Source of the DNA: Alphaproteobacteria bacterium
Lineage (GTDB): Bacteria; Pseudomonadota; Alphaproteobacteria; Bin95
Direction of reading: 5' to 3'
Length of the DNA stretch: 64,000 nucleotides
Assembly (NCBI GenBank): GCA_963665325.3
Contig: OZ224045.1
Coordinates: 1,664,001 to 1,728,000, forward strand
Part shown: one piece after another, positions 40,582-50,020 of the stretch
Layout of the letters: each line of letters starts with the position of its first letter
Position numbering within the stretch: position 1 is the first letter of the stretch
Program-made: the position numbers and the translations under genes
The notes under the pieces: generated by a model
Seen by the model: the letters and a program-made list of their open reading frames with translations, nothing else
The model's database searches: none
What the model was told of the DNA's origin: nothing

Positions 40582-42636
40582 ATGGCAGCATCGGGCGTCG
40601 ATCCAATTACCCTGGAAGTCGTGACCGAAGGGCTGATCGCGATCGTGAGGGAAATGCGGGCGACCATCATCCGGGCGTCCTATTCGTCCGTGATCCATGA
40701 GTTCGACGACTTCTCCTGTGCGCTCTTCGATGCGGACGGCCAAATGGTGGCGCAGTCGTGGGACCATCCGGGCCATGTCCTGCCTTTGCCATGGGGTGTG
40801 GGCTGTGCGCTCGAGGACTTTCGGGACGACCTGAAGCCCGGCGATGCGGTGCTGTTGAACGATCCCTATCGCGGCGGCACCCATCTCAACGATGTCACAC
40901 TGCTCTTTCCGGTGTTCGATGACAGCGGAGCCCTGATGGTCTTTCCGGCGGTCCGGGCCCACTGGGTCGATGTCGGCGGCATGGTGCCGGGCAGCTATTC
41001 GGGTCTTTCGACCAATATCTACCAGGAAGGCGTGCGGATTCCGCCGATCAAGATCGTCGAGGAAGGGCGGGTCAATCGCGCCGCGATGACGCTGCTGATG
41101 GCGAACATGCGGGTACCGGAGGAACGTGAAGGCGACCTCAATGCCTCTTTCGGAGCGTGCAGGATCGCCGAACAGCGCATCCGGCGGCTTTACGCCAAGT
41201 ATGGCGGCGACTGTGTGAAAGATTGCATCGGGACCCATCTCGACCGCACCGAACGACGCCTGCGTGAGCGGATTGCCGAACTGCCGGACGGTGACTACTG
41301 CTATGAGGACTATCTGGAATACTTCAATGAGGGCCGCCTCGACCCGGTGTTGATGCGTCTCAGGCTGACGGTATCGGGCGACCGGATGATCGCGGATTTC
41401 GCGGGCACCAACCCGCAGGTTCCGGGGGTGGTGAACTCGTCCCTCGCGGTTACCGGCGCCGGCGTTTTCGTGGCGATAAAGGCGACGCTCGACCCTGGCG
41501 GGGCGGTCAACCAGGGCGCCTTCAGGCCTATCGAGCTGCGCGCGCCGGAGGCGTCCATCGCCGATGTTCGCCACGACGCGCCGGCGGGCGCTCACGGCGA
41601 GGTTCGCAAACGCGCCGTCTCGGTCACGCTGGGCGCCCTGTCGCAGATCGTCCCGGACCGGGTCTCGGGGGATCTCTGCGGCACCTCGTTTCCCAATGCC
41701 ATCGGCGGGTTCAACAAGAGGCGAGACCGGCAATATGTCTATTACGAGGCCCCGGCCGGCGGGAACGGGGGATTCCTGCAGCATGACGGCCCGAGCGCCA
41801 TGGTTAACGTCGACTTCGGCAACCTGCCCTCGGTGCAGACCGCCGAGTCCATCGAAAACGAGATGCCGCTGCTGGTAGAGCGTTGCGAGCTGCGCACCGA
41901 TTCCGGAGGGCCGGGCGCCAGCCGCGGCGGGCTCGGCATGCGCCGCGAGGTGCGCCTGCTGGATGACGAGGGCAGTTACTCGGTGCTCAGCGACCGGGCC
42001 GTGATTCCTCCCTTCGGCGTCCTCGGTGGCGGCAGCGCGGCACCCTACATCGTCTCGGTGGTCCGCGACGGCGTGGAAACCGGTTTCTCTACACCGGGCA
42101 AGGTAACGGGCCATGCGATTCGCCGCGATGACACCGTGGTCATGCGTTCGGCCGGGGGCGGCGGTTACGGTGACCCACTGACCCGCAATCCGGTTTCGGT
42201 TCGCCGGGACGTCTCCGAGGGCCTCGTCAGCCGGACCTGTGCAGCCGATGTTTACGGGGTCGTGCTCGACGATGACGGGGAGGTCGACACCGCGGCAAGC
42301 GATGCCGCGCGAGAGGCGCTCGCGGCGGCCCGCTACCGGGCCCGGGTTGTGGCCGACGATGCCCACGATCCCTATGTCGGTATCAGGGGACGGCGCCGGA
42401 CGGTTCGGTTGTCGCCGGCGATGGCGGCCCGGATCGGGGTCGCCAACGACGATCTGACCGAGCTGATGGGCGCCAACCCGGCGCCGCTTCGCGCCTGGGT
42501 CGCGGTCGATGCCGACCATGTCGAGGACACCGTCATGCTCGATCCGTTCGGCCGCAAGGCGCTCGGCGTCGATCATGGCGACACGGTGGTCCTGAGGGCT
42601 GTGCCCACGCCCGAGGTCCCCGGAGGGCTTGCCTGA
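40582..42636 (+). CDS. Hydantoinase/oxoprolinase subunit B (HyuB-like) with C-terminal extension
   Basis: DFSCALFD, NDPYRGGTHLND, HWVDVGG, YQEG, DSGGPG..RGG, GGGGYGDP. Confidence 0.92.
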   Translation: MAASGVDPITLEVVTEGLIAIVREMRATIIRASYSSVIHEFDDFSCALFDADGQMVAQSWDHPGHVLPLPWGVGCALEDFRDDLKPGDAVLLNDPYRGGTHLNDVTLLFPVFDDSGALMVFPAVRAHWVDVGGMVPGSYSGLSTNIYQEGVRIPPIKIVEEGRVNRAAMTLLMANMRVPEEREGDLNASFGACRIAEQRIRRLYAKYGGDCVKDCIGTHLDRTERRLRERIAELPDGDYCYEDYLEYFNEGRLDPVLMRLRLTVSGDRMIADFAGTNPQVPGVVNSSLAVTGAGVFVAIKATLDPGGAVNQGAFRPIELRAPEASIADVRHDAPAGAHGEVRKRAVSVTLGALSQIVPDRVSGDLCGTSFPNAIGGFNKRRDRQYVYYEAPAGGNGGFLQHDGPSAMVNVDFGNLPSVQTAESIENEMPLLVERCELRTDSGGPGASRGGLGMRREVRLLDDEGSYSVLSDRAVIPPFGVLGGGSAAPYIVSVVRDGVETGFSTPGKVTGHAIRRDDTVVMRSAGGGGYGDPLTRNPVSVRRDVSEGLVSRTCAADVYGVVLDDDGEVDTAASDAAREALAAARYRARVVADDAHDPYVGIRGRRRTVRLSPAMAARIGVANDDLTELMGANPAPLRAWVAVDADHVEDTVMLDPFGRKALGVDHGDTVVLRAVPTPEVPGGLA

Positions 42637-42821
42637 TACCGGCGGTCGTCGATCGGAACCGATGGCGGCCGGGACGGCGCGGCCGGGCTGCGGGACCTCC
42701 GGCGAGATGTCATGAGCACCCACCCGCGCGGGGCGTGGGCCCTGTCGCGCAAGTAACGGGGCCTTGTGGCCTTGGCGGCGGTGTTGTGATTTGAGGTCGG
42801 TCTGGGGAATGGAGGCCGGAG

Positions 42822-42975
42822 AATCACTGGTGTGCATGTAGCGCCCGTTCATGAGCTTGGCCCGAACCACGATCGGCTTCTGTCACTGATGGCGCGGTTC
42901 GCCGCGACCTCGTTCGAGAGATTGGGCATTGTTGCGTGGTTCTTCCCCGTCCGCACCGGCACACAAAATGGGGAC
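42822..42975 (+). ncRNA. Candidate IS110 bridge RNA
   Basis: Two parallel loops, GTTCATGAGC-TTGG..GATCGGCT-TC and GTTCGAGAGA-TTGG..GTGGTTCT-TC. The second matches the predicted circle junction ACTCGAGAGAATCAC. Confidence 0.65.
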
Positions 42976-42979
42976 CAGC

Positions 42980-44356
42980 ATGGCGCGCAAGACCGGGAAG
43001 AGGCAGCGGTTGAGGGTTGTGAACCCGGATTGCGCCGGGATCGACATCGGTAAGGACCGTCACTTCGTGGCCGTCGATCCGGCGCGCACTTCGGACCCGG
43101 TCCGGGCGTTCGGCGGCTTCACCTGCGATCTGCGGGCGATGGCGGACTGGCTTTCGTCGTGCGGCGTGACGAAGGTGGCGATGGAGTCGACCTCGGTTTA
43201 CTGGATCCCGGTCTACGAGGTGCTGGAACGCGCCGGCTTCGAGGTGCTCCTGGTGCCCCCGCGGATGACGAAGCAGATTGCCGGTCGCAAGAGCGACGTG
43301 CTCGATTGCCAGTGGATCTGGCAGCTTCTGTCCTACGGGTTGCTGCGGGGCGCCTTCCGTCCTGGCGATGCGGTCTGCCCGCTTCGCTCCTATGTGCGCC
43401 AGATGAAGCGCCTGACTGAAGACCGCTCGCGCTGCGTGCAGCACATGCAGAAGGCGCTGACCGAGATGAATGTCCGGCTGGACTCGGCGATCGCCGACAT
43501 CACGGGGCAGACCGGCATGAAGATCCTGCGGGCGATCGTCGACGGCGAACGCGACCCGCAGCGCCTGGCATCGTTCCGGCACCGGCGGATCAAGGCCAGC
43601 GCGGACACAATCGCCGCGAGCCTGGAAGGCACCTGGCGCGAGGAGCATCTCTTCGCCCTGGAGCAGGCCGTGCAGCGCTATGACTTCCTCGACCGGCAGA
43701 TCGAGGACTGCGAGGCGCGGATCGCGGAGCAGATCGACGATCTGACGCCACCGGACGGGCCGGGCGGCGGTGACGCATCCCACGAAACACTCCGCGCGGT
43801 CGGCCCCATGACCGACAAGGCGTTGACCGTGGCCCTGACCGCCATGATGGGCACCGACCTGACCGCGATCCCGACCATCGGTCCCGGAACCGCTCTGACG
43901 ATCGCTTCCGAGATCGGCCCGGACTTCTCCGCCTTCCCTTCCGCCCAACACTTCTGCTCCTGGCTGGGGGTGGCGCCGGGCACCAGGATCAGCGGCGGCA
44001 AGCCTTTGCCGGGCCGGACGCACAAGGTGGTCAACCCGGTCGGACAGGCCCTGCGCATGGCAGCCATGTCGGCACGAAGGAGCCAGACCTTCATCGGCGC
44101 CAAACATCGCGCCCGGCTCGCCCGAAAGGACACTCCCGTCGCGATAACCGCGACCGCCCGCGAACTGGCTTGCCTGATCTATCTGATAGTGACGCGGGGT
44201 GAGCAATATGTCGAAAAAGGCATGCAAGCCTACGAAAAACGGCGCATCGACCGTTCCCTCGCCAACCTGCGGCGCAAGGCTCGAACCCTCGGCTACCAAC
44301 TGATCCACCCCGCCCAGGACATGCAAGCGCCCGATGGTGATAGGGCCATGGCGTGA
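42980..44356 (+). CDS. IS110 DEDD recombinase/transposase
   Basis: AGIDIGK, AMESTSVYW, RKSDVLDC (DEDD); C-terminal IPTIG..FCSWLGVAP..SGGK. Confidence 0.93.
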   Translation: MARKTGKRQRLRVVNPDCAGIDIGKDRHFVAVDPARTSDPVRAFGGFTCDLRAMADWLSSCGVTKVAMESTSVYWIPVYEVLERAGFEVLLVPPRMTKQIAGRKSDVLDCQWIWQLLSYGLLRGAFRPGDAVCPLRSYVRQMKRLTEDRSRCVQHMQKALTEMNVRLDSAIADITGQTGMKILRAIVDGERDPQRLASFRHRRIKASADTIAASLEGTWREEHLFALEQAVQRYDFLDRQIEDCEARIAEQIDDLTPPDGPGGGDASHETLRAVGPMTDKALTVALTAMMGTDLTAIPTIGPGTALTIASEIGPDFSAFPSAQHFCSWLGVAPGTRISGGKPLPGRTHKVVNPVGQALRMAAMSARRSQTFIGAKHRARLARKDTPVAITATARELACLIYLIVTRGEQYVEKGMQAYEKRRIDRSLANLRRKARTLGYQLIHPAQDMQAPDGDRAMA

Positions 44357-44374
44357 GCGTTAGTTACTCGAGAG

Positions 44375-44755
44375 AGATGTCATGTTCTGTCATGATCGGC
44401 ATGCGCAGGGCACATGTGCTGCGGTGTGTTTCGGCATAAGGCAGCCCTCCCCGCGCTCGTCGCCCGGGCCTCGCGGCTCTTGCGTCTGTCTGCATCCGGC
44501 CCATCGTGCCCTCATTCCGTTTCGTTCCCTTTCGTTCCAATCTTCCTTCCGCCGGCGCCGCTGCGGTGGAACCCCAATTCGCGCGTATCGCATGTGCGCG
44601 GGCGCGCATGTCGGCGCCGGCGCGGTTCGCGCGCCTGATTGCGCCTGCGCGCGAAGCAAACGCAAGGCGCACGTCTCCCGTGGGTTTCAAGAGGTTTTTT
44701 TCGCGCCGGCGCCGACGCAGAAGGCATGGCGGCCTCCGGATGCCGCCTCCTTCCC
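44375..44755. other. Structured non-coding element (candidate ncRNA or MITE-like repeat)
   Basis: Perfect 15-bp inverted pair 44610-44624/44702-44716; nested 9-bp pair 44626-44634/44647-44655; hairpin 44728-44747; repeated TGTCATG. No credible ORF. Confidence 0.5.
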
Positions 44756-44759
44756 TATC

Positions 44760-44786
44760 ATTCTAGCATGGAAATTTCTGGGTCAA
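44760..44786 (-). promoter_or_regulatory. Candidate sigma70 promoter pointing into the structured non-coding element
   Basis: TTGACC-N15-TAGAAT with extended -10 TGc, in an AT-rich patch. The spacer is short. Confidence 0.5.
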
Positions 44787-44871
44787 GCAGTTTTGGGAAA
44801 TATTACCGGATTTTCTTGAACCATGCCCCGGTTCCGATCCACGACCGCTGGCATGACCTCTCCGTGCGGCG

Positions 44872-45636
44872 TCAGAGCGTTGCGCGCGACAGGCCGCCAT
44901 CGACAGCCAGCGTCGTGCCGGTGATGTAACGGCCGCGCGGGGAGGTCAGGAACGCCACGGCGGCGGCAACCTCTTCGGCGTCGCCCAGGCGGCCGAGAGG
45001 AATATCGCGGATCAGCTCGTTCATCTCGTCCGCCGACTGTTCGGCGACCAGGCGTAGTCTGGGCGTGTCGATCAGGCCCGGCGCGAGGGTGTTAATCGTG
45101 ATTTCCGGCGCGAGTTCGCGCGACAGGGTCTTGGCCAGACCGATAACGCCGGCCCAGGTGGCGACGGAGAGTCCGAAACCGGCTATCGGCTGAATCGCCG
45201 ACAATGCCGTTATGTTCACGATGCTGCCGGCGCCGCGTGCCTTCATGTGTGGAACGGCCGCCCGGATGCACCGGACCACGCTCATCAGGTTGCGGTCCAC
45301 GGCACGGCGCCAGGCATCGTCATCGAGTTCCGTGAAGAATCCCAGCGGCGGCGCGCCGTCGTTGTTGACCAGGATGTCCAGGCCGCCGAAATGCGCGACC
45401 GCCTCGCCGACGATCCGCTCGCAGTCTTCGGCCCGGCGGATGTCGCCCTGTATGGCGAGAAGCTCGCCGCCCGTGGTCCGCGCTATGTCTTCGTAGGCGG
45501 CGCCGAGCGCCGGTTCGCGCCGGGCTGAAATCGCGACCCGCGCTCCTTCATCGGCAAGTGTCCTGGCGATCGCGAACCCGATGCCCTGGCTCGCTCCGTT
45601 GACGATGGCGACCTTGCCTTCGAGCCCGAGGTCCAC
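44872..45636 (-). CDS. SDR-family oxidoreductase
   Basis: NGASQGIG, DILVNN, PGLIDT, GRYITG. The canonical YxxxK is not evident. Confidence 0.88.
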   Translation of the reverse strand: MDLGLEGKVAIVNGASQGIGFAIARTLADEGARVAISARREPALGAAYEDIARTTGGELLAIQGDIRRAEDCERIVGEAVAHFGGLDILVNNDGAPPLGFFTELDDDAWRRAVDRNLMSVVRCIRAAVPHMKARGAGSIVNITALSAIQPIAGFGLSVATWAGVIGLAKTLSRELAPEITINTLAPGLIDTPRLRLVAEQSADEMNELIRDIPLGRLGDAEEVAAAVAFLTSPRGRYITGTTLAVDGGLSRATL

Positions 45637-45637
45637 G

Positions 45638-46495
45638 TCAATGTCCGAACATGGCGAGGAAATTTTCGGCGTTGCGGTAATTCACCTTTTCCATCACCTC
45701 GTCGGAAAAGCCCAACCCGCGCCAGTCGGCGATCAGGCGTTCATAGCTCAGCAACGGGTAGTCCGCACCGAACATGACCCGGTCCTTGAGGCGCCGGGGA
45801 ATCTCGTACTTCAGGTCTTCGGAATAGTAGCGGGGCGACCAGCCATGCAATTCGTACCAGACATTGGCCATGTGGATGAGGACGGCGATCATTTCCGTTT
45901 GCCACGGCCAGGCTGGACGGCCCGCGAGAATTTTCAGGTCCGGATACCGGGCCGCCACATGGTCCAGATGGCGGGGATGGCAGTGATCGAGCAAAATCCC
46001 GTTGCCGCCGGGAAAGCCGGAACCCAGACCGGTCGTGCCAACGAACACGAGCGCCGGGACGTTGGCTTCGATACACAGGCCATAGAAGGGATCGTAGGCA
46101 GGATCGCTCGCCGGCACGCCGCCGGAACCTGAGACCGCCAGACCCACGAAACCGTTGCCGTCGGCAATGCAGCGCTCGAATTCGCGCCGCGCTTCCGCTC
46201 CGCTCTCGGGCTGGAAATGGAACCAGTTGCCGATAATCGCGTCCGAAAACCGCCGCTGCGTATCGAAGGCATAGTCGTGTAGCTCGCGAGCCTCCGGGAC
46301 GGGCACAAACTTGGTGAAGCCGAAATCGAGCACGACCCGGACCCCGGCCTGCCGGAAGTCTTCGGCCATTTCCTCTTCGGTCGCGTAACCCGGCTCGGAG
46401 CGCCAGGTGTGTCCCTGTTTTGCCAGCTCGGCCTCGGTCTGCAGGACATAGCCGCGCCGCGTCTTCCAGTGGGAATGCATGTCGATGTAGCGCAT
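45638..46495 (-). CDS. Amidohydrolase_2 family protein
   Basis: IDMHSH metal motif, AWPW, GWSPRY, VMFGADYP, NAENFL. Confidence 0.88.
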   Translation of the reverse strand: MRYIDMHSHWKTRRGYVLQTEAELAKQGHTWRSEPGYATEEEMAEDFRQAGVRVVLDFGFTKFVPVPEARELHDYAFDTQRRFSDAIIGNWFHFQPESGAEARREFERCIADGNGFVGLAVSGSGGVPASDPAYDPFYGLCIEANVPALVFVGTTGLGSGFPGGNGILLDHCHPRHLDHVAARYPDLKILAGRPAWPWQTEMIAVLIHMANVWYELHGWSPRYYSEDLKYEIPRRLKDRVMFGADYPLLSYERLIADWRGLGFSDEVMEKVNYRNAENFLAMFGH

Positions 46496-46530
46496 CGGGA
46501 TGTCCTCGATTCGGGGCGGCGGCGGCGATT

Positions 46531-48174
46531 TCAGCGCTCGCCGTCCGCCAGGCGGCTGCGGGCCATGTCGGCAAGCGGCTGCTTCTGCACCTTGCCGGTC
46601 GGCGTTCTCGGGAGGTCGTCGTAGATCTGCAGGTATTCCGGCAGCTTGTAGGTCGCGATCTTGCCTCTCAGGAATTCGATCAACGCCTCGAATGTTACGG
46701 TCTCGCCGGTCCGCGGCACGATGCAGGCGCAGACGCGCTCTCCAAGCCGGGGATCGGGAACGCCGACAATCGCAGCGTCGAGGATGCCCGGATGCTGGTA
46801 GAGCACTTCCTCGATCTCCCGGGGATAGATGTTCGCGCCGCCCCGTATGAGCATTTCCTTCGTGCGCCCCACGATCTGCAGATTGCCCATGGCGTCGAAG
46901 CAGCCCTGGTCGCCCGTGTGAAACCAGCCATCGGCGGTAAAGCTTTCGCCATTGGCCGCGGGATTGTTGTAGTAGCCGACGGTGACCGACGGGCCCGCGG
47001 TCAGGATCTCTCCGACGCCGCCGGCCGGAACATCCGAACCGTCCTCACCCACCACCCGGATGTCCATCTCCGGCACCGGCCGGCCCACGGTGCCGCAAAC
47101 CTCGGCCGGATCGTCGGTCAACAGGGTATGAGCCTGGGTGCCGCATTCGAGCATGCCGTACATTTCAAGCAAATGGCCGGGCATGCGGGCTTCCACTTCC
47201 CGGATAACCTCTATGGGACAGGAGGCGCCGCCCGTCATGACCACCTGCAGGCTGGCGAGGTCGTAGCTTTCGAAATCCGGCGCATTCAGCATTGCGACCA
47301 GATGGGCCGGCGCGCAGCAGAAATGCGTTACCCGCTCGCCGGCGATCAGCGCCAGCGCCTCGTCGGCCCTGAAGATATCCTGAAGAATGACGCGGCAACC
47401 GGCGTCGATTGCCTGCAGAACATTGAACAGGCCCCAGTTCAAACCGACCGGGAGAAATACCAGCAGCACGCTATCGGCCCCGATGCGCTGGCCGCGGTTC
47501 AGGAATTTCAGGGCGCAGTTGGTCGTGTTGTGAGTATGGAGCACCGCTTTCGGATTTCCCGTGGTGCCGGAGGTGAAGGCCGTCCGCGCCAATTGGTCGG
47601 CGGCGGGTCGGCGGGCGCCCAGAGCGCCTGCCGGCAATTCCGGATCGTCGTCGGCTTGGAGGAAGGCGCGAAGGTCGAAATATCCCTCCGGCACACCGTC
47701 GCCGACCACCATGACATGTTCCAGATGCGGCAGCTTCGCGCGGAGCGGTTCGATCATGGGGAGATAGTCGAAGTCCCGGTGGCGATTCGGAACGACCAGC
47801 GCCGACGCCTCGGTAAAGCCCAGGATGAATTCGACCTCGCGACTGCGGAAGTCGCTGTGGTACTGGCAGAAGGGTATGCCCGCCAGCATCGCGGCATTCA
47901 CGGCGATGGCGAACTCGTTCCAGTTGGGCAACTGGACCGCAATCACATCGTCGGATGTGAGCCCCATCGCCACGAGCCGGGCGGCCAGCCGCTGCACCTG
48001 CCGGAGATAGGTGCGATAGTCGAGCCTGCCGCACCTGTCCTGCAGCGCAAGCCGTTCGGGCGCGCCGCCGGCCGCAGCTTCCAGCCAGTCATTGCTGGTC
48101 GTCTCCCTCCAGTATCCGGCTTCGCGGTACTCCGCCATGCGGGAGGCCGGAATGTACGGCTCGTCAATGCGCAC
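46531..48174 (-). CDS. Acyl-CoA ligase (cyclohexanecarboxylate-CoA ligase-like)
   Basis: FTSGTTGNPK, YGMLE, TGD, GRTKE, YKLPE, TPTGK. Confidence 0.9.
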   Translation of the reverse strand: MRIDEPYIPASRMAEYREAGYWRETTSNDWLEAAAGGAPERLALQDRCGRLDYRTYLRQVQRLAARLVAMGLTSDDVIAVQLPNWNEFAIAVNAAMLAGIPFCQYHSDFRSREVEFILGFTEASALVVPNRHRDFDYLPMIEPLRAKLPHLEHVMVVGDGVPEGYFDLRAFLQADDDPELPAGALGARRPAADQLARTAFTSGTTGNPKAVLHTHNTTNCALKFLNRGQRIGADSVLLVFLPVGLNWGLFNVLQAIDAGCRVILQDIFRADEALALIAGERVTHFCCAPAHLVAMLNAPDFESYDLASLQVVMTGGASCPIEVIREVEARMPGHLLEMYGMLECGTQAHTLLTDDPAEVCGTVGRPVPEMDIRVVGEDGSDVPAGGVGEILTAGPSVTVGYYNNPAANGESFTADGWFHTGDQGCFDAMGNLQIVGRTKEMLIRGGANIYPREIEEVLYQHPGILDAAIVGVPDPRLGERVCACIVPRTGETVTFEALIEFLRGKIATYKLPEYLQIYDDLPRTPTGKVQKQPLADMARSRLADGER

Positions 48175-48180
48175 CGGATC

Positions 48181-49827
48181 TCACCTCGCTGCGGCAGCCG
48201 GGGTTTGCCCCGCGCGCCTGCCGGCGACTTCGGCGGCGAGACGGTGGCGCTGCAACTTGCCTGTCGGCGTGAAGGGCAGCGCTTCGAATATCTCGAGAGC
48301 TTCGGGCAGCTTGTATGTCGCGACCTTGCCGTCCAGCAGCGCGGTCATTTCTTCCAGTGTCACGGTGTGCCCCCGGCGCGGCACGACGCACAGACAGTTG
48401 CGCTCGCCGAGCCTGGGGTCGGGCATGCCGATTACCGCGGCATGCAGGACCTTGGGGCTGGCATAGAGAATCTCCTCGATTTCGCGGGGATGGAATTTCT
48501 TGCCGCCGCGATTGACGAGCTCCTTGCTGCGGCCCGAGATAACGAGGTTGCCGTTGCTGTCCACATGGCCGATATCGCCTGTCCGGAACCAGCCATCGGC
48601 AGTGAAGGCGGCGGCATTGGCGGCCTGGTTGTTGTGGTAGCCGAGATGGATCGACGGTCCGCGGCCCGCAATTTCCCCCGTTTCGCCGGGCGCAACATCC
48701 CGGTCGGCATCGTCGAGGATACGCAGGCCGAGGCCGGTGGCCAGCCGGCCGACCGTGCCGCTGACGGCTTCGGGATCGTCGTCCGGGCGCGTGTAGCTGT
48801 GAAAGCCTGACTCCAGCATGCCGTAAAGCTCAATGAAATCGCCAGGCATCCTGGCCCGGTATTCCCGAATTGTATCCACCGGACACGAAGCTCCGCCGCT
48901 CACCACCTGCCGCAGGGAGGAGAGGTCGGTCCGGTCCAGCTCCGGGGCATTGAGGAGTTCGATGATCGCGGCCGGGGCCGTGGGAATGTTCGTTACCCCT
49001 TCCGACTCGATGAGTGCCAGGGCCCCGGCTGCGGAAAACCGGTCCAGCAGCACGGCGCGGGCGCCCGCGATCACGGTCTGCAACAATGCGAGATAGCCCC
49101 AGTTCAGGCCGAGCGGCAGGTAGAGCAGCAACACGTCCTCCGCGCCGACCCCGAGGTCGAGGTTCTGAATACGCGCTGCCGACAATGTCGTCTCATGGCT
49201 GTGGATCACCGCTTTCGGATTGCCGGTGGTGCCGGAGGTAAAGGCCATCCGGAAAATCTCGTCGGGCTCCATGGTTTCCGGCACGAGGCCTGCCGCAGAC
49301 GCGCGCCCTGCGATTGCATCCGCAAGCGAAACCGTGTCAGCCCCGACCGCCGCGTCGGTGCAGGCGACAAGGCGGAGCATGGGGAGAGACGGGCGCAGTT
49401 CGCGGATCATCTGCACATGGTCGAAGCCGCGAAAGCGGCCCGGGCAAATGAAGGCCGCGCTTTGAGAGAATTCGAGTATGAAGGCGAGTTCCCGCGCGCG
49501 AAAATCGGTGCTCACCTGGACGGCAACGGCGCCGAGGCGTTCGACGGCGAAGAAGGCGCAGGCGAAATCTATCCAGTTGGGAAGCTGGATGGTGACGACA
49601 TCCCGGCGCGCGATTCCGCGGGCCTGCAGAATTGCGGCCACGGCGTCGATGCGCTCGGCCAGTTCCCGGTATGTGACGCGCTGGCGACCGTCACACAGCG
49701 CCTCGCGTTCCGGATGCTGGCGGGCCCGGCGGGTCAGGATGTCGTGGAAGGTTTCGCCTTGCCAGAACCCGGCATCGCGGTAGGTCCGTACCATCTCGCC
49801 GGTCAGACGTGTTTCGAAGGCGACCAT
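48181..49827 (-). CDS. Acyl-CoA ligase, paralogue of the adjacent ligase
   Basis: FTSGTTGNPK, LPLGLNWG, YGMLE, RTGD, YKLPE. Start uncertain (49827 or 49848). Confidence 0.9.
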   Translation of the reverse strand: MVAFETRLTGEMVRTYRDAGFWQGETFHDILTRRARQHPEREALCDGRQRVTYRELAERIDAVAAILQARGIARRDVVTIQLPNWIDFACAFFAVERLGAVAVQVSTDFRARELAFILEFSQSAAFICPGRFRGFDHVQMIRELRPSLPMLRLVACTDAAVGADTVSLADAIAGRASAAGLVPETMEPDEIFRMAFTSGTTGNPKAVIHSHETTLSAARIQNLDLGVGAEDVLLLYLPLGLNWGYLALLQTVIAGARAVLLDRFSAAGALALIESEGVTNIPTAPAAIIELLNAPELDRTDLSSLRQVVSGGASCPVDTIREYRARMPGDFIELYGMLESGFHSYTRPDDDPEAVSGTVGRLATGLGLRILDDADRDVAPGETGEIAGRGPSIHLGYHNNQAANAAAFTADGWFRTGDIGHVDSNGNLVISGRSKELVNRGGKKFHPREIEEILYASPKVLHAAVIGMPDPRLGERNCLCVVPRRGHTVTLEEMTALLDGKVATYKLPEALEIFEALPFTPTGKLQRHRLAAEVAGRRAGQTPAAAAR

Positions 49828-50020
49828 CTGCACCCTGGGGCAATTCATGCGCAGGTCCGCCAGCTTGGACGAAGTGCCTCCGGCCCACAAGGCGAACGGC
49901 TGGCGTTAGCGCCCGAATATGGACAGTTGCTTTTGTCTCGTGCCGGGCACAACAATGGCGTGATCGGAAAGCCTTGGCGCCCTGGGCCGGGGCACCGGAC
50001 ATACTGAACGGGAGAGGACT

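Larger units (their letters stand above)
42819..44374 (+). mobile_element. IS110-family element with a GAG core at both junctions
   Basis: Left junction ggccgGAG|aatcac; right junction gttactcgaGAG|agatg. No terminal inverted repeats. About 160-bp left non-coding end. Confidence 0.8.

Noticed and set aside
42748-42818. Possible IS left-end remnant starting GGCCCTGTCGCGCAAGT
   Set aside because: Resembles some IS termini, but there is no partner end or transposase to support it.
39034-42870. 1278-aa minus-strand ORF
   Set aside because: Antisense shadow of hydantoinase A/B in high-GC DNA; no recognisable motifs.
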